Positions 10,501-18,265 of a stretch of 64,000 nt of DNA are shown here, in pieces. The notes under the pieces are model-generated. The model worked only from the letters and a program-made list of their open reading frames with translations, was not told where the DNA came from and made no database searches. Source of the DNA: an uncultured Ignavibacteria bacterium. Its GTDB lineage: Bacteria; Bacteroidota; Ignavibacteria; SZUA-365. The stretch's first letter is position 1. Each line of letters opens with the position of its first letter. The stretch spans positions 127,556 through 191,555 of the forward strand of contig CAJXVM010000004.1 of the NCBI GenBank assembly GCA_913061095.1, given 5' to 3'. The position numbers and the translations under genes were made by a program.

Positions 10501-13500
10501 GAGACCACGCGCTTCCTTTATGGCAGTGCCTACCGCGACGTGCGCGCATTGTACCGTGTACTGCGCCGCGGCGAACCGGAGCGCGAGGAGTGGAGCGATT
10601 TCGATGGTGACCTGCGAACGTTCGAACTCACGGCACAGGAAAAACATCGCGGCGGTTTCGTTGCGCAGATTTTCTTCGTGCGAAATTACCGTCTCTACCA
10701 GAAGACTGTCATCATTTCCGTTCCCTGGTCGAACAAGGATCTCGCCATCGAGACCGCGACCTTCCGCGACAAGCTGCGTCCGGGAGAGAAGGAGGAATGG
10801 CGTATCACGATCAAAGGAGCGAAGCGTGATCAGGTGGCCGCCGAAGTGCTGGCCTCCATGTACGACGCGTCGCTGGATGCCATATACAGGCAGGAGTGGC
10901 CGCGCTTCTCCTGGCCGTTTTTCGCCTGGCACGTCCAGACCTCCGATCACAGCTTCGGCGGCGCATCCGGCCAGCTCTACATGGACGACTGGAATGAGAG
11001 TCAGCCGTCATGGAATCAGCAGTACGACCGGCTGAATCTTTTCCTGCTTGGTCGCGGCCGCTATTTCTACGGTCAGCGGGCGTACATGCTGAAATCCACT
11101 GCCGTTGAAGAGGGAAGCATGGCGTTCGCCATGGGAGGTGAAGCGCCCCCGCCAGCGGCGGAAGCGGAGGACCGCGCTGTTCGTCGGGACAAAATGGAAG
11201 CGGTGCTCGACGAAGAGGCCGAGGTCGAGGAGAAGCCCGCAGAGGAAGGATCCGGTGAAGGCGGCCTCGACATGGTCAAGGCGCGCACGAATTTTGATGA
11301 AACCGCGTTTTTCTATCCCGACCTGCTGACGGACGAAGAGGGGAATGTCGTTCTGCGCTTCACCGCGCCCGAAGCGCTGACGCGCTGGAAGCTGAGGCTG
11401 TATGCGCATACGCCGGATCTGAAAACCGGTTATCTCGAAAAGACGGCGGTCACGCAGAAAGAGCTGATGGTCATGCCCAACATGCCGCGCTTTTTGCGCG
11501 AGGGCGATCGCATCGTGCTCATGACCAAGATCACGAACCTCTCCGACACGACGCTCAGCGGCACGGCCGTGCTGAAACTCTTCGACGCGCTGTCGATGCA
11601 GCCGATCGACGGGAAGTTCAATCTCCGCGACGCCGAACGCAGCTTCACTGCCGAGAAAGGGCGCAGCACGACCGCGCGTTGGGAAATCAGTGTGCCGGAG
11701 GGTGTGTCGGCCGTAACGTACCGTATCGTCGCGAAGGCCGGCAGTTTCTCCGACGGTGAGGAGATGGCGCTGCCCGTGCTGCCGAATCGCATGCTCGTCA
11801 CCGAAACCATGCCGATGAATATCCGCGGGGGACAGACGAAGGAGTTCACCTTCGAGAAGCTGGTGAACAGCGGTGCGTCGTCCACCCTGCGTCATCATCA
11901 GCTCACGCTCGAGATGACATCCCAGCCGGCCTGGTACGCGGTGCAGGCGCTGCCCTACCTGATGGAGTATCCCTACGAATGCTCCGAGCAGGTATTCAAC
12001 CGCTACTACGCCAACAGCATCGCCGGGCATATCGCCAACAGCAACCCGAAGATCAAACGCGTCTTCGATGCGTGGAAAAATACCGACGCGCTGCTCTCCA
12101 ACCTGCAGAAGAACCAGGATCTGAAGATGCTGCTGCTCGAGGAAACGCCCTGGGTGATGCAGGGCAAGGATGAAAGCGAACGCAAGAAGCGCATCGCCCT
12201 GCTGTTCGATCTCAACACCATGGGCAACAATCTCGAGAGCGCCATGCTCAAGCTGGAGAAGGCGCAGGCGAGCAACGGCGGCTGGCCGTGGTTCCCCGGT
12301 CTGCCCGAGAGCCGCTACATCACGCAGTACATCGTGGCAGGATTCGGACACCTCGACGCGTTGGATATCACCGTCAGTGACGAACGCGTCGCGCGCATGA
12401 TTCGCCGAGCCGTGAATTTCATGGACGAGCGCATGCACGCCGACTACCTCGAACTCAAGCGGCGTGAGGATGACACCTTCGATCCGGAAAAGGACTATCT
12501 CAATTACCTCGCCATACAGTACCTCTACGCCCGCAGCTATTTCCTCGATCAGGAGATTCCGGATCGCTACGATGAGTCGGTGAACTTCTGGCTCGAGGAA
12601 TCCCGCAAGTGGTGGGTGCGCCGCAATCACATGGCGCAGGGCATGATCGCGCTTGCCCTGCACCGCTTCCGCGACAGCGACGTGCCGATGGCCGTTGTGC
12701 GCTCACTGAAGGAGCGCGCACTGCAGAACGAGGAGATGGGCATGTACTGGAAATACGACCGCGGCTGGTTCTGGTACCAGGCACCGATCGAAACGCAGGC
12801 CCTGCTCATCGAGGTATTCGATGAAGTGGCGAACGACATGAACGCCGTCGAGGAAATGAAGATCTGGCTGCTCAAGCAGAAGCAGGTGCAGGACTGGGGA
12901 TCTACCGTCGCAACGGCCGAGGCCTGCTACGCGCTGCTGCGCCGCGGCAGCAATCTGCTCGCATCGGACAAGCTGGTGGAAGTCAGCATGGGCGGCGAGC
13001 GCATCGATCCGAAAGCCATGGGCGCGGACATCGAGGCCGGCACGGGACATTACCGCGTGGATTGGCGCCGCGGCGAGATCGATCCCGACATGGGACGCGT
13101 CACGGTGAAGAAGGAAGACCAGGGCATTGCCTGGGGCGCGTTGTACTGGCAGTACTTCGAACAGCTCGACAAAATCACGCCCGCACAGTCTCCGCTGCAG
13201 ATCGAGAAAAAGCTCTTCCGCCAGCGCAACACGGAGAAGGGCGTGGTGCTCGAACCGATCACCGGGGAGAATGCCCTCGAGGTAGGCGACGTGCTGAAGG
13301 TGCGCATCACGATTCGCGTGGACCGCGACATGGAATACGTGCATATGAAGGACATGCGCGGCGCTGGACTCGAACTGATCGAACAGCTCTCCGGCCATCG
13401 CTATCAGGGCGGTCTCATCTACTACGAAGCCCCGCGCGACGCCTCTGTGAATTTCTTTTTCCACTGGCTGCGCAAGGGCGTGCACGTGTTCGAGTACCCG

Positions 13501-13614
13501 CTGCGTGTCTCCCACGAGGGCCGCTTCTCAAACGGCATCTCCAGCATCCAGTGCATGTACGCTCCCGAATTCGCCGCGCATACGGCGGGGGTGACGGTTA
13601 CCGTTAAGCCGTAA
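7546..13614 (+). CDS. Alpha-2-macroglobulin family protein (2022 aa) with thioester motif CSEQ
   Basis: Signal peptide MLLSIRLAFLLLITAPVIFLSTE with GGAGAC as RBS. The size and MG-domain-like repeats fit bacterial A2M. The thioester-type motif is PYECSEQVF (CxEQ). The C-terminal receptor-binding-like domain is present. Confidence 0.8.
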   Translation: MLLSIRLAFLLLITAPVIFLSTELLEGLSYTTNWSVFMKGDYEEQWKEVDRALDEGLPKTALELVEKIYERAQREGNRPQIVKAISYRVALHSVTSEEDETVLIDDLETEIDAAEQPVRAILTSMLADLYWNYYQQNRWRIHERTQVEDDPAADFRTWDASVFFDTTAALYLQALEPADLLKDTPVEAYRDILHAGKDGEQYRPTMYDVLAHRALDFFENDETDLPSPQQDFEVTGLEALAPLDAFIATEFTSPNPSNTKYNAILLYQDLLRFHRDGGREEAVIDLDLQRLEFSRRITWHEDADTTFFQAVESIYGKYSSSPMSAQAGYVLADYHFDAGNYVEALACCRKEIERFPESRGAVNCRALESRILQKELSLTVEESMPPDAPFLISAGFRNIRDVHFRIVRMPSDALFSDRRGYRSARERLEDLLDGNVVKEWSQTLPVTDDYKKHLVDLRGPALPLGTYMLFMSHGADFSLDENAIAYAWLRVTRLSLQSLNEQRGGPNRFFVLDAVNGYPLEDVKVEMFTQRWESGSYRYERVPMGDRRTDANGSFTLEPGRDRQGRFFRLSLGKDTLAIGQSFYAWQRGSERAQRRTMFFTDRAIYRPGQTVHVKGIVLEGSSERADYAVVKNVRSTVVFYDANHQKIHETDVRTNEYGSFNTVFTVPSGVLTGMMSIRNEWGSTPLRVEEYKRPKFEVEFEPVKGTYRLNETVNVTGVAKAYAGANIDGAEVSWRVVRRTRYPYWFWWWRPIPRGEEREIAHGTTRTDADGRYEISFEALPDKSVDKSTQPVFTYEISADVTDINGETHSATASVSAGYTSIELGLRTAETVDVHEEAKIVITARNLGGEPVATDGTIVVERLDAPDRILRDRVLPKPDTWLLSEAEFVRDFPHDVYRDENIPDTWPVAERVVERRFRCGEEGEDSLRLADLEPGRYRITITAKDPSGEDLELKKFITAYRAEAPVPYAAPELYVENSTHVEPGETTRFLYGSAYRDVRALYRVLRRGEPEREEWSDFDGDLRTFELTAQEKHRGGFVAQIFFVRNYRLYQKTVIISVPWSNKDLAIETATFRDKLRPGEKEEWRITIKGAKRDQVAAEVLASMYDASLDAIYRQEWPRFSWPFFAWHVQTSDHSFGGASGQLYMDDWNESQPSWNQQYDRLNLFLLGRGRYFYGQRAYMLKSTAVEEGSMAFAMGGEAPPPAAEAEDRAVRRDKMEAVLDEEAEVEEKPAEEGSGEGGLDMVKARTNFDETAFFYPDLLTDEEGNVVLRFTAPEALTRWKLRLYAHTPDLKTGYLEKTAVTQKELMVMPNMPRFLREGDRIVLMTKITNLSDTTLSGTAVLKLFDALSMQPIDGKFNLRDAERSFTAEKGRSTTARWEISVPEGVSAVTYRIVAKAGSFSDGEEMALPVLPNRMLVTETMPMNIRGGQTKEFTFEKLVNSGASSTLRHHQLTLEMTSQPAWYAVQALPYLMEYPYECSEQVFNRYYANSIAGHIANSNPKIKRVFDAWKNTDALLSNLQKNQDLKMLLLEETPWVMQGKDESERKKRIALLFDLNTMGNNLESAMLKLEKAQASNGGWPWFPGLPESRYITQYIVAGFGHLDALDITVSDERVARMIRRAVNFMDERMHADYLELKRREDDTFDPEKDYLNYLAIQYLYARSYFLDQEIPDRYDESVNFWLEESRKWWVRRNHMAQGMIALALHRFRDSDVPMAVVRSLKERALQNEEMGMYWKYDRGWFWYQAPIETQALLIEVFDEVANDMNAVEEMKIWLLKQKQVQDWGSTVATAEACYALLRRGSNLLASDKLVEVSMGGERIDPKAMGADIEAGTGHYRVDWRRGEIDPDMGRVTVKKEDQGIAWGALYWQYFEQLDKITPAQSPLQIEKKLFRQRNTEKGVVLEPITGENALEVGDVLKVRITIRVDRDMEYVHMKDMRGAGLELIEQLSGHRYQGGLIYYEAPRDASVNFFFHWLRKGVHVFEYPLRVSHEGRFSNGISSIQCMYAPEFAAHTAGVTVTVKP

Positions 13615-13659
13615 CCCGTGTAAGCGCAGACGCGAAATTCATCTCGCGCTGATCACGTA

Positions 13660-13739
13660 AGTGCAAAGTACAAAGTGCAAAGTGCAAAAGTCAGTCGACA
13701 CACACTCCGTTTTCCGGAAGTGTTTTGCACTTTGCACTG
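13660..13739. terminator. Bidirectional terminator hairpin with 16-bp stem plus GTGCAAAGT direct repeats
   Basis: gtgcaaagtacaaagtgcaaagtgcaaaag...tgttttgcactttgcactg. AGTGCAAAGTGCAAAA pairs with TTTTGCACTTTGCACT across a ~33-nt loop. It lies between the convergent A2M and hydroxylase genes. Confidence 0.6.
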
Positions 13740-13774
13740 TTGAATGATAGGTGCACTTCGAGACGGAGAGATAC

Positions 13775-14569
13775 TCATTCCCCCGAGTACACATCCCCCT
13801 TCAGCGGCCGGAAGGCGAACAGGTGTTGACGAATGTAGTTTTTCGGAAATTCAATTTCCCTGAGTCCGTAACCGGCGGGTTTTTTCCGCTCGGGAAGAAA
13901 GCCGGTGCCGAAGATCCAGTCCCATATCGCCAGCTTGGTGGCGAAGTTGTACGAGCCATCCGCGACGACATCGGAGTGATGCCAGCGGTGCATCTCCGGT
14001 CCGTTGATCACGTACTGCAGCTTGCCGGTGTGCACGTCGATATTCGAGTGAATCCACATCCCCCAGATCGCAGATATCATGCCTTTGTAGAGGGCGACCT
14101 CGGGCGCGGCGCCGAGCAGGACAATGGGAGCGAACTCGATCGTCTGATTGATCAGGATTTCCAGCGAATGGGAGCGCGATCCCGAGAGCCAGTCCACGTC
14201 TTTCGTGGAGTGATGCGCCTCATGGATGCGCCAGAGGCGAATCGAGCGGTGCTGGATGCGGTGGAACCAGTAGATGTACAGGTCATGCGTCACCAGGAAG
14301 AGCAGCACCTGCAGCCACACGGGCCAGTGGGAAATCAGATGCATCCGCGACAGCATCGTACTCGCGTCGATCCACTGGATCAGCCAGTTGATCAGCAGTC
14401 CCAGGAGATAGCTCTGGACAATGGAATACATGATCAGATCATTCCAGAATCCTTCGCGCAGAAACTTCTGCTGCTCCTCGTACGGGAACAGCCGTTCGAA
14501 TGTGACGATGATCGCCGCCGCGATCACGATGACGAACGGGGATATCAGTTCGAGGCTCATTGATTGCAC
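13775..14569 (-). CDS. Fatty acid hydroxylase / sterol desaturase superfamily membrane protein
   Basis: Histidine boxes HRIQH, HEAHH and HRWHH sit in a polytopic hydrophobic protein. Confidence 0.8.
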   Translation of the reverse strand: MQSMSLELISPFVIVIAAAIIVTFERLFPYEEQQKFLREGFWNDLIMYSIVQSYLLGLLINWLIQWIDASTMLSRMHLISHWPVWLQVLLFLVTHDLYIYWFHRIQHRSIRLWRIHEAHHSTKDVDWLSGSRSHSLEILINQTIEFAPIVLLGAAPEVALYKGMISAIWGMWIHSNIDVHTGKLQYVINGPEMHRWHHSDVVADGSYNFATKLAIWDWIFGTGFLPERKKPAGYGLREIEFPKNYIRQHLFAFRPLKGDVYSGE

Positions 14570-14668
14570 GCCATCCTGTATGACAACATTCTGTGTGACA
14601 TGGCAGAACCGGACTCCGAGGGGAATCCGGTCCTGCAGGAGGGGGAATTGGAATCAGGTGTGCGTCCG

Positions 14669-15574
14669 TTATGCGACTTCCGGTTCCTCCTGCTTCAGAT
14701 GCACACGGCGAAGTTTCTTGCGCGGTGCGAGCTCGCTCTCGTACACGCGCTTGATTCCGTCACCGAGTGACTTTTCGATATCTCGAATGTTGGCGACGAG
14801 TCGGTATAGACCGCCGATTTCGACTGATGCGGCATGATCGGAACCCCACATGGCGCGATCAAGCGTGACATGTCGCTCGATGAACGTGGCGCCCATGGCG
14901 ACGGCGGCCCAGGTCGGTGCGAGGCCCGTTTCGTGACCGGAGTACCCGATCGGGGTGTCAGGATATTTCTGCATCAGTGTGTTCAGCATGCGGAGGTTGA
15001 GCTCGTTCACATCACAGGGGTAGGCGGATGTTGAATGGGCGATGAGCAGATTGTCTGTGCCGAGAACTTCCACGGCAGCTGCGATTTCCTCTGTGGTGGA
15101 CATCCCCGTGCTGATCATCAGCGGCTTTCCGGTTTCTTTCATGTGCTTCAGCAGTGCATGGTCGGTCAGCGAGGCGGATGGCGCCTTGTAAACCGGCGGA
15201 TCGAATTTTTCGATGGCATCGACGGACGGTTCATCCCAGCAGGAGGCGAACCAATGAATGCCCTTCTCCCCGCAGTAGCGGTCGATCTCCGCGTATTCAT
15301 CTTCGCCGAATTCGATCAGGTGCCGGTAATCGATATATCGCATGCGACCCCAGAGCGTGTCGCGCTCGACATCCCATTGATCACGGGGCACGCACAGCTC
15401 CGGTGTGCGCTTCTGAAACTTGACTGCATCGCAGCCGGAGAGAGCGGCGCCGTCGATGAGCTTTTTTGCGAGGTCAAGAGAACCGTTGTGATTGATGCCG
15501 ATCTCGGCGATGACATACACGGGATGTCCGCTGCCGACGGTTTTCTCTCTGATCTGGCGTATGGGATTGCTCAT
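14669..15574 (-). CDS. N-acetylneuraminate/pseudaminate synthase (NeuB/SpsE) family PEP-condensing enzyme, without C-terminal SAF/antifreeze-like domain
   Basis: VYVIAEIGINHNGSLDLAKKLID...DAVKFQKR...GYSGHE is the NeuB TIM-barrel signature. The internal ATG at 15574 is preceded by AGGAGAAGG, whereas the ORF-track start at 15622 has no RBS. The protein is ~302 aa, too short to carry an SAF domain. Confidence 0.75.
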   Translation of the reverse strand: MSNPIRQIREKTVGSGHPVYVIAEIGINHNGSLDLAKKLIDGAALSGCDAVKFQKRTPELCVPRDQWDVERDTLWGRMRYIDYRHLIEFGEDEYAEIDRYCGEKGIHWFASCWDEPSVDAIEKFDPPVYKAPSASLTDHALLKHMKETGKPLMISTGMSTTEEIAAAVEVLGTDNLLIAHSTSAYPCDVNELNLRMLNTLMQKYPDTPIGYSGHETGLAPTWAAVAMGATFIERHVTLDRAMWGSDHAASVEIGGLYRLVANIRDIEKSLGDGIKRVYESELAPRKKLRRVHLKQEEPEVA

Positions 15575-15781
15575 GCGGTGATCCTTCTCCTGGTGCGGTG
15601 AATGTTTCCAGGAAAAGTACACGCGCTCCGTTACGGAAGATTGAGCGGTCCGTTAAAAGTGATGTAAGGATTGATGTGCCGAGGGTAAGCGCTGTGTTCG
15701 GGCTGTGTGAGGGGGATGGACTGCAGATGACAGATTGCGGATTTCAGATGTCGCATACCGCAATAATCAGTATCGACTATC

Positions 15782-15809
15782 TGCAATATGCAATTTGCAA
15801 TCTGCAATG
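15782..15809. repeat. 4x tandem 7-bp repeat TGCAATn in a 265-bp AT-richer intra-cluster gap
   Basis: ctgcaatatgcaatttgcaatctgcaatga, read directly. It sits between the KdsC-like and NeuB-like genes. Confidence 0.5.
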
Positions 15810-15839
15810 ACTGAGCAGGAATCGCAGGAGGGTGTTGGA

Positions 15840-16475
15840 TCAGGTCGACGTTTGTCGAAGTGTAATGATGGCCTCGGCGAAGTCACGAAATGCTCCATTG
15901 CCGCCGCGCCAGTGGCAGACGTACTGGGCGAGATCGTGAATCTGCGGCATGGCATCGGCCGGTGCGGCGGTGAATCCGCGTTCTCCGATCACGTCCATGA
16001 TGCCGATGTCGTTGACATCGTCTCCGATGTAGGCGATTTCCTCGGTGGAAAGGCCGGTTTCATTCCGAATGTGGCTGAGCGTTGCGATCTTGTCCCTGAC
16101 CCCGAGGTAAAGGTGTTTGAGTTTCAGCTTCTCGGCGCGCCGTTCGAGATTCGGTGACTGTTCTCCGGTGATGATGCCCGTCTCGATGCCGAGCAGTCCC
16201 AGGCGCTCCATGCCCATGCCGTCACGGATGCTGTAGCGCTTGACGAGCTCACCATCCGCGCCGTAGTACACGCCGGTGTCCGTGAGCACACCGTCGTTGT
16301 CGGTCAGGACAAGGCGGATGCGACGCGCCCGGCGCGCGGCTTCGTCATAACTCAAATGCTGCAGAGTGCCAAGCAGACTGGAGAGCACGGTGTTTGCGGG
16401 CAGAGTATGCATGCGGGAAACATACTTGTCACCTGAATGACTTCCAAAGCGGAGTTTACCACGCTGTCCAGCCAC
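15840..16475 (-). CDS. HAD-superfamily KdsC-like (3-deoxy-ulosonate-phosphate) phosphatase
   Basis: RLVLTDNDGVLTD (DxDGV motif I), GIITGEQS and IGDDVNDIGIM (motif III) resemble KdsC/YrbI. The start is ambiguous: GTG at 16475 overlaps the SDR stop, and the alternative ATG is at 16412. Confidence 0.65.
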   Translation of the reverse strand: MAGQRGKLRFGSHSGDKYVSRMHTLPANTVLSSLLGTLQHLSYDEAARRARRIRLVLTDNDGVLTDTGVYYGADGELVKRYSIRDGMGMERLGLLGIETGIITGEQSPNLERRAEKLKLKHLYLGVRDKIATLSHIRNETGLSTEEIAYIGDDVNDIGIMDVIGERGFTAAPADAMPQIHDLAQYVCHWRGGNGAFRDFAEAIITLRQTST

Positions 16476-17277
16476 CGTCGACCACCAGATTTGCTCCTGT
16501 CATGTAGCGGGACGCATCGCCGGCGAGAAATACAATTCCACCGCGGTAATCCGTCGGACGCGCCATCTCACCCAGCGGCGTGCGGCGCGAATAGTTTTCC
16601 ACGAAATGCCTGTCCTGACCGTTCTGCACTCCGCCCGGTGACAGCGTATTTACCCGCACACCGGCCGCTCCCCAGTACGATGCGAGGAAGCGTGTGAAAT
16701 TGATGATTGCTCCTTTGGCCGTCGGATAGACGGCGGATTTGTAAAACGTCTGCGTGCCGTCCTCATTCCGGTACAGCGACTGGTCCGGCGCAACCATCCC
16801 GTATGTCGATGCGATGTTGATGATGCTGCCGCCGCCCTGTTCAGCCATGTGCGCGCCGAACACCTGGCTGCAGATGAAGGCTCCGGTCACGTTGACGTCC
16901 AGGCAGCGCCGCCAGAGATCAATCGGATAGTTCTCGAATCGGGAGGCCTCCAGTGCGGATACGGGATCCTCCACCATGTCGTTGATCGCGGCGTTGTTGA
17001 CGAGAATGTGTACGCGGCCGAATGCCTCGACAGCAGCATCGAACAGTGCGCGGACGGAGACGGGATCGGTGATGTCCGCCGCCATGCCCATGCAGCGCCG
17101 ACCGCTTTCAGCGGAGAGCTCCTCCGCGAACGACGCGCAAGCTTCGGCGTCCAGGTCGGTGGCGATGACGCTGGCGCCCGCCTCGGCAAGTGCGCGGCAG
17201 TGCTCGCGGCCGATCAGACCGAGTGCCCCGGTGACCACCGCCGTGCGGCCCTCGAGAGAAAACATCGAAGAAGTCAT
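16456..17277 (-). CDS. SDR family NAD(P)-dependent oxidoreductase
   Basis: TGALGLIG Rossmann motif, NNAA, and catalytic YPTAK. Confidence 0.8.
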   Translation of the reverse strand: MTSSMFSLEGRTAVVTGALGLIGREHCRALAEAGASVIATDLDAEACASFAEELSAESGRRCMGMAADITDPVSVRALFDAAVEAFGRVHILVNNAAINDMVEDPVSALEASRFENYPIDLWRRCLDVNVTGAFICSQVFGAHMAEQGGGSIINIASTYGMVAPDQSLYRNEDGTQTFYKSAVYPTAKGAIINFTRFLASYWGAAGVRVNTLSPGGVQNGQDRHFVENYSRRTPLGEMARPTDYRGGIVFLAGDASRYMTGANLVVDGGWTAW

Positions 17278-17281
17278 GCTT

Positions 17282-18235
17282 TCAGTTGTTCCTTGTCTTC
17301 AGTTCAAGATCGGCATAGACGGGATAATGATCCGACAGGGTGAAATCGTGGAGCACGCCGTAGTCATGCACATGCCAGTGACGGCTGAACATGATGTAGT
17401 CGAGCGTCCGATTCGGCAGCCCGGTCGGATAGGTGTAGAACGGCAGCGAATCGTCGTGCGGCACCGTGCGCAGGCCCGTATCCTCGAGAATCCGCAGCGT
17501 ACTGTCGTCATGGTAGTTGTACCGGTCGATATCCCCCTTGCCGAATTTCTCGATACGGCAGCCCGGAGCGACGGTGTTGAAATCCCCCATGAATACGATC
17601 GGCACATCCCCGAGCTTTCGCAGTACCTGCGCGATGCTCCGGGCCTGGCGCATGCGGGATTCCGGACTGTACGCATGGAGGTGGGTGTTGCCGATCCAGA
17701 TGATGCTGTCCTTGAGGAGAAACGGCGCCAGCGTGAAACCGCAGGAGGCGAGAAAGAATACTTTCCCCGGCAGCAGGTGATTGTAGGCCTGCTCCGAAAG
17801 CTTGGGCAGCTGGCTGAGCATCAGGTTCTGGTAGCGGAAGCCCGCGAATCCGACACCGTGCTCAAGTACGGAGTCGAAGCCGCTGAGAACGCGGTAGTGA
17901 TCGCGCTGCCGGTATTTCCCGATGATTTTTTCACTGACACCCAGCACGCCGTTGAAGACTTCCTGCAGTGCGACGACGTCGTAGTTCTGCCGGTGGCGAT
18001 TCAGCCACTCCGAGATGAAATACGCGTAGGCACGCGTTTCATGCATCAACTCGATGCGCTGCGCTTCCTCCTCCTTCGCACCCGCGAGTGCGAACGGAAG
18101 CTTGGGACCCTGGCCGCGATGCGTGTTGATGGTGAGGCAGCGGAGTCGGTATTCACGCAGCAGCGGCTGTGTGTCATGCGATTGAAGCAGGGAGGAGCGC
18201 TTGCGCAGTGCTTCCGATGCTATCTGTGTGATCAT
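17282..18235 (-). CDS. Endonuclease/exonuclease/phosphatase (EEP) family protein
   Basis: The C-terminal SDHYPV motif and the GDFN and NTHL signatures match the EEP fold. Confidence 0.65.
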   Translation of the reverse strand: MITQIASEALRKRSSLLQSHDTQPLLREYRLRCLTINTHRGQGPKLPFALAGAKEEEAQRIELMHETRAYAYFISEWLNRHRQNYDVVALQEVFNGVLGVSEKIIGKYRQRDHYRVLSGFDSVLEHGVGFAGFRYQNLMLSQLPKLSEQAYNHLLPGKVFFLASCGFTLAPFLLKDSIIWIGNTHLHAYSPESRMRQARSIAQVLRKLGDVPIVFMGDFNTVAPGCRIEKFGKGDIDRYNYHDDSTLRILEDTGLRTVPHDDSLPFYTYPTGLPNRTLDYIMFSRHWHVHDYGVLHDFTLSDHYPVYADLELKTRNN

Positions 18236-18265
18236 GAGCCGGGTCCTCGCTGTTTCATGCTGGAA

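Noticed and set aside
7507-13515. Series of long minus-strand ORFs (347, 564, 551 and 270 aa) antisense to the A2M gene
   Set aside because: All lie inside the 2022-aa A2M CDS. Compositions are Arg/Ala/Gly-biased and there are no motifs. This is typical GC-rich antisense read-through.
13751-14563. 270-aa plus-strand ORF overlapping the fatty-acid hydroxylase gene
   Set aside because: The minus-strand frame has canonical histidine boxes and TM helices. The plus frame is a shadow.
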